Below, piece after piece: positions 8,972 to 18,108 of a DNA stretch of 64,000 nucleotides. This DNA comes from Polaromonas sp. Lineage in GTDB: Bacteria > Pseudomonadota > Gammaproteobacteria > Burkholderiales > Burkholderiaceae_C. The position numbers were made by a program, and so were the translations under genes. The notes below the pieces were generated by a model that had not been told where the DNA came from, searched no databases, and saw only the letters and a program-made list of their open reading frames with translations. The stretch's first letter is position 1. Every line of letters starts with the position of its first letter. The stretch covers positions 1,572-65,571 of the forward strand of contig NZ_JAKFDR010000057.1 of NCBI RefSeq assembly GCF_036676035.1, in the 5' to 3' direction.

Positions 8972-9850
8972 ATGAAAAAAATCCTCGCCAATGGGCTTCT
9001 GCCCGGCGCGCTGCTGGTCAGCGTGGCCACCTTTCTTTACGCGCGGCAAACCGGCGGCAACATGGAACTGGCCATTCTGCTCAGCAGCCTGGGCGCCTTG
9101 CTGCTGGCCATGCTGCTTGAGCGCCGCATGCCCCATCAACCCCAGTGGAACACCCCACGTGGCGACAGCCTTACCGACTGGCTGAGCTTCGGCCTGCTGG
9201 CCGGTGTCGTGCAGCCGCTGCTCAAATGGCTATCGCCACTCATCGTCATCGGCGTCTATGGCCTGATCGAGCCGGCTGCAGTGCTGTTTCCGGTCGATGC
9301 GCCCTTCGCCCTGCAGGTGCTACTGGTCACCCTGCTGGCGGAATTTGGCAAATACTGGGCCCATCGCTGGCACCACACCCAGCCGGCCCTGTGGTGGCTG
9401 CATGCCCTGCACCACGGCAGTGAGCGCCTTTACTCGGTCAACAACTTTCGCGTCCATCCGCTGGAATACGTCCTCAAACATGGCTTGAGCATGCTGCCGC
9501 TGATGCTGATGGGCGTGCCCGCCGATGTGTTGCTCGGCTACATCGCCCTGACCCAGCCCGTGCTGATGCTGCAGCATGTCAATCTGCCGCTGCGCCATGG
9601 CTGGCTCAACTACCTGCTCAGCACCAACGAGCTGCACCGCTGGCACCATTCAAGCCGGCAGGAAGAAGGCAACAACAACTACGGCAGCGCCCTGATGGTC
9701 TGGGATCTGGTGTTTGGCACCTTCCATTACCCGCGCCATGCTTCAGGCCCACAAGCCATCGGCCTGTATGCCGGCAGCCAATACCCGGCGCGCCAGCCCT
9801 ACTGGGCCCAGGTGCTGTCCATGTTCAGCCCGGCGTGTTGCAAAGCATGA
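8972..9850 (+). CDS. sterol desaturase / fatty acid hydroxylase superfamily membrane protein
   Basis: His boxes HRWHH, HALHH, QH, HRWHH; several hydrophobic helices; C-terminal ACCKA. Confidence 0.88.
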   Translation: MKKILANGLLPGALLVSVATFLYARQTGGNMELAILLSSLGALLLAMLLERRMPHQPQWNTPRGDSLTDWLSFGLLAGVVQPLLKWLSPLIVIGVYGLIEPAAVLFPVDAPFALQVLLVTLLAEFGKYWAHRWHHTQPALWWLHALHHGSERLYSVNNFRVHPLEYVLKHGLSMLPLMLMGVPADVLLGYIALTQPVLMLQHVNLPLRHGWLNYLLSTNELHRWHHSSRQEEGNNNYGSALMVWDLVFGTFHYPRHASGPQAIGLYAGSQYPARQPYWAQVLSMFSPACCKA

Positions 9851-10536
9851 GCACCAACACTTTGCGCACACCCCCCTGGCGGGTTCTGCTCGCCGAGTTT
9901 CTGGGCACCGCCGCCCTGCTCTGCGCCGTGATCGGCTCCGGCATCATGGCCGAGCGCCTGGCGGGCGGCAACGCCGCCATTGCCTTGCTGGCCAACACGC
10001 TGGCCACGGTGTTCGCGCTGTATGTGCTGATTGAAACGCTGGGCCCCGTCAGTGGCGCGCATTTCAACCCGCTGGTCACTCTAGCCTTATGGTCAAAAGG
10101 CACTCTAGCCCATGAAAAACGGGCGCAATCAGCTATATTTTTTATAGCATCCCAGTTGCTGGGTGCTGTGGCAGGTGCCTGGCTGGCGCATGCCATGTTT
10201 GATCTGCAGCTGCTGCAGTTCAGCACCAAGGTCCGCACGGGCCCGGGCCAGTGGATCGCCGAAGCCGTGGCCACGGCCGGGCTGGTGCTGGTGATCCTGC
10301 GCGCTCCGGCCGGCAAGGCGTCTGCCTTGGTGGCCTGCTACATCGGCGCGGCCTACTGGTTCACCGCCAGCACCTCATTTGCCAACCCGGCCGCCGTACT
10401 CGGGCGCATGCTGTCCGACAGTTTTGCCGGCATTGCACCAGCGAATGCCCCGGCGTTTGTAGTGGCCCAGACTGTGGGTGCCGGCGTTGGTGTGTTACTG
10501 GACCGCTGGCTGGGTCCCCGCCATGAGCGATGCTGA
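9847..10536 (+). CDS. MIP family channel (AqpS-like aquaglyceroporin)
   Basis: AEFLGT, SGAHFNPLVT, SFANPA; ATGA overlap with the desaturase stop. Confidence 0.88.
   Translation: MSTNTLRTPPWRVLLAEFLGTAALLCAVIGSGIMAERLAGGNAAIALLANTLATVFALYVLIETLGPVSGAHFNPLVTLALWSKGTLAHEKRAQSAIFFIASQLLGAVAGAWLAHAMFDLQLLQFSTKVRTGPGQWIAEAVATAGLVLVILRAPAGKASALVACYIGAAYWFTASTSFANPAAVLGRMLSDSFAGIAPANAPAFVVAQTVGAGVGVLLDRWLGPRHERC
10096..10149 (+). repeat. 54-bp repeat, in frame within the MIP gene
   Basis: aaaggcactctagcccatgaaaaacgggcgcaatcagctatattttttatagca; GCTAT-N7-ATAGC core and GCCC...GGGC arm; AT-rich in a GC-rich gene. Confidence 0.8.
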
Positions 10537-10661
10537 GAACTGGGAAGTCGAGCTCCAGGGAATGGTAAAACCCAAGTCCGCTGTGTGCGAGCTTTTTGCG
10601 TCTGGGGCCGATACTCACAGGGACAAAAGGCCACGGGATAGATGCATGCCAAGGCCAATTC

Positions 10662-11795
10662 TCAGTCGCATCCCTTGAACTTGCGCCGCTGACAGTCACG
10701 CGCCATCTGCTGTGCTTGGGCGACTTGCTGCGATGACATCAGGCTTGAAACGGAGTCGCGCCTTTTCACTGCAGCTGCAAAGCCCGCCTCGGCACCAAGG
10801 CTGAACCACATGTGCGCACGAACATGGTCCTGCACGACGCCATTCCCATCGGCATACATCAGACCGAGGCTGTACTGCGCTTTCACATCCCCCTGCGCTG
10901 CGGCCAGGCGAAACCACTTGAGCGCTTCCGCGTAATCCTGCGCGACGCCTTCCTGATCGCGATACATCACACCGAGGTTGAACTGCGCCAACGCATACCC
11001 CTGCGCCGCAGCCAGTCGAAACCATTTGAGCGCTTCTGCATCATCCTGTTCGACACCTAGCCGATCGCGATACATCATGCCGAGGTTGGACTGCGCAGCC
11101 GTCTCCCCCTGCGCTGCGGCCAGCTGAAACCATTTGAGCGCTTCCGCGTAATCCTGCGCGACGCCTTGCCCTTTGAAATACATCACGCCGAGGTTGTATT
11201 GCGCATCCGCGTGCCCCTGCGCTACGGCCAGTCGAAACCATTTGAGCGCTTCCGCGTAATCCTGCGCGACACCGTGCCCTTGGAAATACATCACGCCAAG
11301 GTTGGACTGCGCTTTCGCATCCCCCTGCGCTACGGCCAGTCGAAACCATTTGAGCGCTTCTACATAATCCTGCGCAACGCCTTGCCCGTTGGCATACATC
11401 AGGCCGAGGTTGAGCTGCGCTTTCGCATCCCCCTGCGCTGCGGCCCGTCGATACCACTTGAGCGCTTCCGCGTAATCCTGCGCGACACCGTGCCCTTGGA
11501 AATACATCCCGCCGAGGTTGTACTGCCCAGTCGCATCCCCCTGCGCTGCGGCCAGCCGATACCACTTGAGCGCTTCGGCGTAATCCTGCGCGACGCCTTG
11601 CCCATTGGCATACATCGCGCCGAGGTTGGATTGCGCAATCGGATATCCCTGCTCTGCAAGGGAGCGAGTTATTTTCAGTGCCTTTGCATAATCACCGCGA
11701 CCATAAGCTGCAGCCGCATCTTCAACTGGACCTGCCCACGCCGTACCAACGCCCAGCAGCAGGAGAGTCATCACCGTAAGAAGCAGTCGTTTCAT
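10662..11795 (-). CDS. secreted Sel1-like repeat (SLR) protein
   Basis: Signal peptide MKRLLLTVMTLLLLGVGTAWA; eight 36-aa repeats AQxNLGxMYxxGxGVAQDYAEALKW; 108-nt period (ATACATC at 10854, 10962, ... 11610). Confidence 0.92.
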   Translation of the reverse strand: MKRLLLTVMTLLLLGVGTAWAGPVEDAAAAYGRGDYAKALKITRSLAEQGYPIAQSNLGAMYANGQGVAQDYAEALKWYRLAAAQGDATGQYNLGGMYFQGHGVAQDYAEALKWYRRAAAQGDAKAQLNLGLMYANGQGVAQDYVEALKWFRLAVAQGDAKAQSNLGVMYFQGHGVAQDYAEALKWFRLAVAQGHADAQYNLGVMYFKGQGVAQDYAEALKWFQLAAAQGETAAQSNLGMMYRDRLGVEQDDAEALKWFRLAAAQGYALAQFNLGVMYRDQEGVAQDYAEALKWFRLAAAQGDVKAQYSLGLMYADGNGVVQDHVRAHMWFSLGAEAGFAAAVKRRDSVSSLMSSQQVAQAQQMARDCQRRKFKGCD

Positions 11796-12281
11796 GGGTC
11801 ACCTCCTTGGAGTGCACGTTCCGAGCTTGGCTCCGTGCTCCGGAAAGTAAAGCCTGTCTCGGACCTTGAGTTGCACAATAAGCTGTAGATGGCAGCGGAA
11901 TCTCGTTTGTCCAGGAAGGCGTTAACAGCCCTTGGCCAACGGCAATGACGACTGCCAAGTCCAAGTAATACAGGGGCTATAAAACACAGATAGTAAAGGG
12001 GTTGCGGAAGCCCGTCATCCCCTAAGTTGAGGTGAAGGCTGCGGCCGGGAGCGCCCTTGGGCGCGCCGCCGCCGGACGCAGCCTTTTACTCATAAGTCCG
12101 TAATTTGGGCGACGTTTTTGCATGGCTTCGACACGGTCAGCCAAGTCGCGCTTCCGCGCAACGCACCATGCCTGGCGCACCACAAGAAATGGGCGCCACA
12201 GGGGTGCCCATTTCCGTACCTAATTGGCTCGTCAGGCCGAACCGGTCTGAATACACCCGGTGGTTGGGCTCAGACCGGCAC

Positions 12282-12794
12282 TCAATCCAGCCACTTGTGC
12301 TGAAACCGGGCCTGCCCCATGGCCGGGTCCAGCTGGTAGTTGGCAAAGCCCACACGCTCGTACAAGCGGATGGCGCTGGCATTGCCGGCCAGCACCTCCA
12401 GCGTGAGCTTGCAAGCCCCGCGCTCGCGGGCGATCTGCTCCACCAGCGCCAGCATCTGCTCGCCGACCCGCTGGCCGCGGTGGCTGGCCAGCACCACCAC
12501 GTCGTGCACATTGACCAAGGGGCGGCAGGCAAAGGTGGAGAAACCTTCAATGCAATTGATCAGCCCCACAGGCTGGGCACCGTCGAAGGCCAGCACGCTA
12601 AAGGCCTGCGGCCGGGCGGCCAGCGCACTCGCCAGGTGGGTCTTGGCAAACTCGCTCAACGGCTCGCCGCCGCCGGCCGGGTCGCGGGCATAGGCATCGA
12701 GCAGGCTGACCAGCGCCGCCGCGTGCAGCGAATTGCCGTAGTCGGCCCGGCAGATGTGAAGTGATGGGGAGGTCGATGCGGAGACAGTTGTCAT
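12282..12794 (-). CDS. GNAT family acetyltransferase
   Basis: LVNVHDVVVLASHRGQRVG, LTLEVLAGNASAIRLYERVGF. Confidence 0.85.
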   Translation of the reverse strand: MTTVSASTSPSLHICRADYGNSLHAAALVSLLDAYARDPAGGGEPLSEFAKTHLASALAARPQAFSVLAFDGAQPVGLINCIEGFSTFACRPLVNVHDVVVLASHRGQRVGEQMLALVEQIARERGACKLTLEVLAGNASAIRLYERVGFANYQLDPAMGQARFQHKWLD

Positions 12795-12819
12795 CAAATA
12801 ATCCATTAAACGGGCGCCA

Positions 12820-13821
12820 TTATGACGGCGTCTTGCCGCGCCTTGCCGACTTGGGTTTGGGCTTGGGCTTGTCCTGGCGGTGAATAACGGACAGGAAAAA
12901 CCGGGACGCGTCACTGGCAGGCCGGTCCTTGCGTGTGATGGAGCCAAACGATTCCATCTTGTGCCGGATATGGCAGGGCAAGACCTTGAGCAGGCCGTGC
13001 CGGGCATAGCTGTCGGCAATCGATCGGGGCATCACCGCGATCATGTCGGTCTTGTCGATCAGATCGGTGGTGGTCAGTATGGAGGCCGTTTCGATCAGGC
13101 CCTTGGGCGCTGGCACCTGCAGCATGCGGAACTCCTGGTCCAGCACCTCGCGCATCGGGCTGCCCACCGGCTGCAAAATCCACGGGTAGCGCAGCAGGCT
13201 GGAAAAAGCCACCGAGGCCTGCCGGCATAAGGGGTGGTGCACGCCCACCACTACCGCCAGCGCTTCGTTTTCCAGCGGGGTAAAGCTGTAGTCCTGCCGG
13301 TGCTCGTCGCGGATGCGGCCAATCGCCACGTCCAGCGCGCCCTCGCGCAGCAGTTCCAGCAGGCGGTCGCTGGTGTCCATGGTGATGTCGACCGACAGCA
13401 GGGGATAGGCCTGCTTGAGCGCAATGATGGCGCTGGTCAGCAGCGTCGGCGACGGCGCCATGATGGTACCTACTGAGAGCCGCCCGGAGCTGCCCAGCTG
13501 CAATTCGGCCAGCTCGCGCGTCATCGACTCCACCGAGCCGCGCATGCCGCGAAAGTAGCCCAGCACGCTGTTGCCTGCGGCCGTCAGGCGCTGGCCGCGC
13601 CCCACCCGCTCAAACAGGCGTTGGCCGAGCGCCGATTCCAGCTCCTGGATCATCTTGGTGGCCGCCGGCTGCGTCATGCCCAGCTCGGCAGACGCCTTGC
13701 GCAAGGTGCCATGCTCCCCCACGGCCAGCATCAGGGCCACCTGCCGCATGCGCAGGCGGTTGAGCAATTGGGGGATCGGGTTGGGGGTGTTCATGGTGGA
13801 GCTCAGCGTGGGTGCGGACAT
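12820..13821 (-). CDS. LysR family regulator (divergent from the catabolic operon)
   Basis: GTLRKASAELGMTQPAATKMIQELE HTH; substrate-binding domain. Confidence 0.92.
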   Translation of the reverse strand: MSAPTLSSTMNTPNPIPQLLNRLRMRQVALMLAVGEHGTLRKASAELGMTQPAATKMIQELESALGQRLFERVGRGQRLTAAGNSVLGYFRGMRGSVESMTRELAELQLGSSGRLSVGTIMAPSPTLLTSAIIALKQAYPLLSVDITMDTSDRLLELLREGALDVAIGRIRDEHRQDYSFTPLENEALAVVVGVHHPLCRQASVAFSSLLRYPWILQPVGSPMREVLDQEFRMLQVPAPKGLIETASILTTTDLIDKTDMIAVMPRSIADSYARHGLLKVLPCHIRHKMESFGSITRKDRPASDASRFFLSVIHRQDKPKPKPKSARRGKTPS

Positions 13822-13967
13822 TCGGTGTGTGAATTTCCGGGAATTCAAATGATAACTACTGATTATCAAACAATCATGCATTTTCAATTTACGTTAACAG
13901 TCCGGATCCTTACCATCAAGCCATTCCCGAGTTCACCCCTGAGTTCATAAAAGCTGGAGACAAACCC

Positions 13968-14930
13968 ATGAAACTATTGCCTACCCTGATGCTGGCCGCC
14001 TGCGCGCTGGCCTGCCAGACCCATGTTGCCGCACAGGATTGGCCGGCCAAACCGGTGCGCATTCTGGTCGGCTCGGCCCCCGGCGGCGGGACCGACGCCA
14101 TGGCCCGTGCCGTGGCGGACCGGCTGGGCCCCCTGCTCAAGCAGCCCGTGGTGGTGGAAAACCGTCCGGGCGTATCCAACACGCTGGCCGCCGACGTGAC
14201 GGCCAAAGCCACCGACGGCCACACCATGGTGATGGGCGTTTCCACCGCGCACGCGATTGCGCCGCACCTGCTCAAGCTCGGCTACGACAACAACAAGGAC
14301 CTGGTGCCGGTGGTGTTTGTCGGCGCCGTGCCCAATGTGCTGGTGGTCAACAACGCGCTGCCGGTGGATTCGGTGCAGTCCCTGATCAAGCTGGCCAAGA
14401 GCCAGCCCGGCAAGCTCAATTACGCCACCAGCGGCGCCGGCAGCACCCAGCACATCGCGGCCGAGCTGTTCAAAGACCAGGCCGGCGTGTTCATCACGCA
14501 CATCCCTTACCGCGGCAGCGGCCCGGCTCTGGTCGACCTGGTCGGCGGCCAGGTGCAGCTGAGCTTTGACACCATGCCCTCGGTGATTGGCCAGATCAAA
14601 AACGGCCGCATCAAGGCATTGGCCGTGGCTGCTGCCCGCCGCAACCCCCAGTTGCCCGATGTCCCCACCATGGCCGAAGCCGGCCTCAAGGGCGTGGAAA
14701 TGAGCGCCTGGTACGGCATCTACATGCCGGCTTCCACACCGAAAGCCGTGCAGGAGCGCGTTTACACCGAAGTCACCAAAGTGCTGGCCATGCCAGAGAC
14801 GCAAACCCGCCTGAGCGCCATCGGCGCCGACCTCACGCCCATGACGCCGGCCCAGTTCGCGCAGTTTCACACGGCTGAAAACAAACGCTATAGCGACCTG
14901 ATCGCCAAGAAAAACATCAAACTGGATTGA
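13968..14930 (+). CDS. Bug/TctC tripartite tricarboxylate transporter substrate-binding protein
   Basis: Signal peptide; WPAKPVRILV, PGGGTD, VENRPG, HIPYRGSGPALVDL, PDVPT. Confidence 0.93.
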   Translation: MKLLPTLMLAACALACQTHVAAQDWPAKPVRILVGSAPGGGTDAMARAVADRLGPLLKQPVVVENRPGVSNTLAADVTAKATDGHTMVMGVSTAHAIAPHLLKLGYDNNKDLVPVVFVGAVPNVLVVNNALPVDSVQSLIKLAKSQPGKLNYATSGAGSTQHIAAELFKDQAGVFITHIPYRGSGPALVDLVGGQVQLSFDTMPSVIGQIKNGRIKALAVAAARRNPQLPDVPTMAEAGLKGVEMSAWYGIYMPASTPKAVQERVYTEVTKVLAMPETQTRLSAIGADLTPMTPAQFAQFHTAENKRYSDLIAKKNIKLD

Positions 14931-14935
14931 TTCCC

Positions 14936-15955
14936 ATGAGCAAGCAGCAGACACCAGTCATTGCCCTGACACTGGGCGACGCAGCAGGCATAGGCCCGGA
15001 GCTGATCGCCCGGTTGCTGAGCCAGCCCGGCATTACGGCCAGTGCCAACATCGTACTGGTGGGCGACCCCTGGCTCTGGCAGGACGGTCAGGCCATTGCC
15101 AAACTCACCGTGCCCACGCAGGCCGTTGCCAGCCTGGCCGAGGTGCGAAAACGCCCCGACCAGCGCCTGCCCGCCTTTCTTGCCGTGGACACTATTCGCC
15201 CGGAACAGGTGCAGCGCAGCCAGGCGCAGGCCGCTTGCGGCAGTGCGGTGCTGCAGGTGCTTGACCTGTGCATGGACGGCGCCAAGCGCGACGAGGTCGA
15301 TGCCATCTGTTTTGCGCCACTGAACAAACAGGCGATGAAGCTGGGCGGCCTGAAGCACGAAGACGAGCTGCACCACTTTGCCGAATACCTGGGCGTCACC
15401 GGCTACTTCTGCGAGTTCAACACGCTTGGCGACTTGTGGACCTCGCGCGTGTCCTCGCACATTCCGCTCAAGGATGCCGCCGCCGCCCTGTCCAAAGAGC
15501 GCATCGTGGACGCGGCACGGCTGATCTACCAGTCGCTGCAGGCCAGCGGTACCGCCAGCCCCACAGTGGCGATCGCGGCCTTCAACCCGCATGGCGGTGA
15601 CGGAGGCATGTGCGGGCGCGAGGAGATCGACATCATCGAGCCGGCCGTGCGCGAACTGCGCGCCAGCGGTGTTCCGGTCGATGGCCCCTTCCCTGCCGAC
15701 ACGATTTTCCTCAAGGCGCGAGACGGCCAGTACCAGGCCATCGTCACCATGTACCACGACCAGGGCCAGATCGCGATCAAGCTCATGGGTTTTTCCAAAG
15801 GCGTCACGGTACAGGGCGGCCTGCCACTGCCCATCACCACGCCGGCCCACGGCACGGCCTATGACATTGCCGGCCAGGGCCTGGCCGACGTCAACGCCAC
15901 CCTCAACGCATTTCGCATCGCTTGCCGCATGGGTGCGGCACGCCTTCATTCTTAA
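14936..15955 (+). CDS. PdxA-family decarboxylating dehydrogenase (atypical)
   Basis: LGDAAGIGPE, APLNK, SHIPLKD, FNPHGGDGG, GPFPADT, MYHDQGQI, TPAHGTAYDIAGQG. Confidence 0.85.
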   Translation: MSKQQTPVIALTLGDAAGIGPELIARLLSQPGITASANIVLVGDPWLWQDGQAIAKLTVPTQAVASLAEVRKRPDQRLPAFLAVDTIRPEQVQRSQAQAACGSAVLQVLDLCMDGAKRDEVDAICFAPLNKQAMKLGGLKHEDELHHFAEYLGVTGYFCEFNTLGDLWTSRVSSHIPLKDAAAALSKERIVDAARLIYQSLQASGTASPTVAIAAFNPHGGDGGMCGREEIDIIEPAVRELRASGVPVDGPFPADTIFLKARDGQYQAIVTMYHDQGQIAIKLMGFSKGVTVQGGLPLPITTPAHGTAYDIAGQGLADVNATLNAFRIACRMGAARLHS

Positions 15956-15967
15956 AAGGACGACACC

Positions 15968-17140
15968 ATGAAAATCAAATCAGTTCGCGCACGCGTGTTC
16001 GAGTGGAAAGGCAAGACCGTTCCACCCCAAGGCAACTTCTGCTCCAACGCCATGGACTTGCTCTACTCCAAAAAAGAGACCATGAGCACCTTTCGCTTTC
16101 ACAGCTGGACGGTGGTGGAAATTGAAACCGACGACGGCATCATCGGCCTGGGCAACGTGGCGCTGGCGCCCGCCATCGCCAAAGCCATCATCGACCAGTA
16201 CCTCACGCCGCTGGTGCTGGGCCAGGACCCCTGGGACTACGAATACCTGTGGCAGCGCATGTACCGCGCCACCCACGCCTGGGGCCGCAAGGGCGTGACC
16301 ATGGCGGCGATCTCGGCAATTGACCTGGCGATCTGGGACATCCTGGGCAAGTCGGTGGGCAAGCCGGTGTTCAAGCTGCTGGGCGGGCGTACCAAGGAAA
16401 AGATTCCCTGCTATTACTCCAAGCTCTACCGCACCGACCTGAAGGAAATGCAGGCCGAGGCCGAGAAGTTTTTGAACCAGGGCTTCACCGCCTTCAAGAT
16501 GCGCTTTGGCTACGGCCCGGCCCACCTGCAAAAGGGCGTGACGGAGAACCTGAAGTCGGTGGAGGCCATCCGCGAAGTCATCGGCTACGACAAGGACCTG
16601 ATGCTCGAGTGCTACATGGGCTGGAACCTGGAATACGCCAAGCGCATTTGCCCCAAGCTGGAGAAGTTCGAACCGCGCTGGCTTGAAGAACCCGTGATCG
16701 CCGACGACATCGATGGTTACGCCGAGCTGAATCAGCTCACCAGCATCCCGATCTCGGGCGGCGAGCACGAGTTTTCGCTCTACGGTTTCAAACAGCTGCT
16801 CGATAAAAAGGCGGTGTCGGTGGTGCAGTACGACACCAACCGTGTCGGTGGCATCACGGCGGCGCACAAGATCAATGCCCTGTGCGAGGCCTACAGCGTG
16901 CCGGTGATCCCGCACGCGGGCCAGATGCACAACTACCACCTGACCATGAGCACGCTGGCCTCGCCGATGAGCGAGTACTTTCCGATGTTTGACGTGGAAG
17001 TCGGCAACGAGCTCTTCTATTACATCTTTGACGGCGAACCCGTGGCCGAAAACGGCTTTGTGCAGCTCGACGACAACAAACCCGGCCTGGGCTTGAGCCT
17101 CAAGACCGAGTTCCTCAAAGACTTCAACATCATTGAGTGA
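15968..17140 (+). CDS. enolase-superfamily (MR/MLE) sugar-acid dehydratase, L-rhamnonate/L-lyxonate dehydratase-like
   Basis: [38 protein letters not shown]; exact substrate not determinable. Confidence 0.85.
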   Translation: MKIKSVRARVFEWKGKTVPPQGNFCSNAMDLLYSKKETMSTFRFHSWTVVEIETDDGIIGLGNVALAPAIAKAIIDQYLTPLVLGQDPWDYEYLWQRMYRATHAWGRKGVTMAAISAIDLAIWDILGKSVGKPVFKLLGGRTKEKIPCYYSKLYRTDLKEMQAEAEKFLNQGFTAFKMRFGYGPAHLQKGVTENLKSVEAIREVIGYDKDLMLECYMGWNLEYAKRICPKLEKFEPRWLEEPVIADDIDGYAELNQLTSIPISGGEHEFSLYGFKQLLDKKAVSVVQYDTNRVGGITAAHKINALCEAYSVPVIPHAGQMHNYHLTMSTLASPMSEYFPMFDVEVGNELFYYIFDGEPVAENGFVQLDDNKPGLGLSLKTEFLKDFNIIE

Positions 17141-17145
17141 GCAGC

Positions 17146-18063
17146 ATGGCAGCCAGGTACAAGGGCGTATTTCCGGTGGTGCCCACCACCTTCAACGACG
17201 CGGGCGAGCTCGACCTCGAAAGCCAGAAGCGCTGCGTCGATTTCATGATCGACGCGGGCTCGACCGGCCTGTGCATTCTGGCGAATTTTTCCGAGCAGTT
17301 TTTGCTGTCGGATGACGAACGCGAAACGCTTACGCAAACCATCCTGAAGCACGTGGCGGGCCGGGTGCCGGTGATCGTCACCACCACGCACTTTGGCACG
17401 CGGGTCTGCACCGAGCGCAGCCGCCGCGCACAGGATGCCGGCGCGGCCATGGTGATGGTGATGCCGCCCTACCACGGCGCCACCCTGCGAGCGAGCGAGG
17501 AGAAGATTTACGAGTTCTACGCCGCGCTGTCAAACGCCATCGACATCCCCATCATGATCCAGGATGCCCCCATGAGCGGCACGACGCTGCCTGCGGCCTT
17601 CCTGGCGCGCATGGCCAAGGAGATCAAGCAGGTTTCCTATTTCAAGATCGAAACCGCCGGTGCGGCTTCCAAGCTGCGCGAGCTGATTCGCCTGGGCGGC
17701 GACGCGATTGAAGGCCCGTGGGACGGCGAAGAAGCCATCACCCTGCTGCCCGACCTGGACGCTGGCGCCACAGGCGCCATGACCGGCGGAGGCTACCCCG
17801 ACGGCATACGCCGCATCGTTGATGCCTATGCCGCAGGCCGCCGTGAAGAAGCGGTAGCGGAGTACACACGCTGGCTACCACTGATCAATTACGAAAACCG
17901 CCAGGGCGGCATCCTCACCGCCAAGGCGCTGATGAAGGAAGGAGGAATCATCGCCTGCGAAGCCCCGCGCCACCCGTTTCCCGCCATGCACCCCGAGGTG
18001 CGCAAAGGCCTGATCGAAACCGCCCAGCGGCTTGACCCCATGGTCTTGCGCTGGGGTAAATAG
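17146..18063 (+). CDS. DHDPS-family L-2-keto-3-deoxyarabonate (L-KDA) dehydratase-like
   Basis: GVFPVVPTTF, LCILANFSEQF, YFKIET, GPWDGEEAITL; as I recall it, close to the Azospirillum L-KDA dehydratase. Confidence 0.82.
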   Translation: MAARYKGVFPVVPTTFNDAGELDLESQKRCVDFMIDAGSTGLCILANFSEQFLLSDDERETLTQTILKHVAGRVPVIVTTTHFGTRVCTERSRRAQDAGAAMVMVMPPYHGATLRASEEKIYEFYAALSNAIDIPIMIQDAPMSGTTLPAAFLARMAKEIKQVSYFKIETAGAASKLRELIRLGGDAIEGPWDGEEAITLLPDLDAGATGAMTGGGYPDGIRRIVDAYAAGRREEAVAEYTRWLPLINYENRQGGILTAKALMKEGGIIACEAPRHPFPAMHPEVRKGLIETAQRLDPMVLRWGK

Positions 18064-18108
18064 TTTTTTCATTAACCCTTTAAAAAATCTTGAATCTGGA
18101 GACAACTC

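Noticed and set aside
10850-11660. 108-bp tandem repeats as a CRISPR array
   Set aside because: The period is 36 codons within an intact Sel1 ORF; no unique spacers and no cas genes.
14936-15955. Calling this gene canonical pdxA (vitamin B6 synthesis) or tphB
   Set aside because: The GHT motif is absent, the context is catabolic, and there are no ring-dioxygenase genes.
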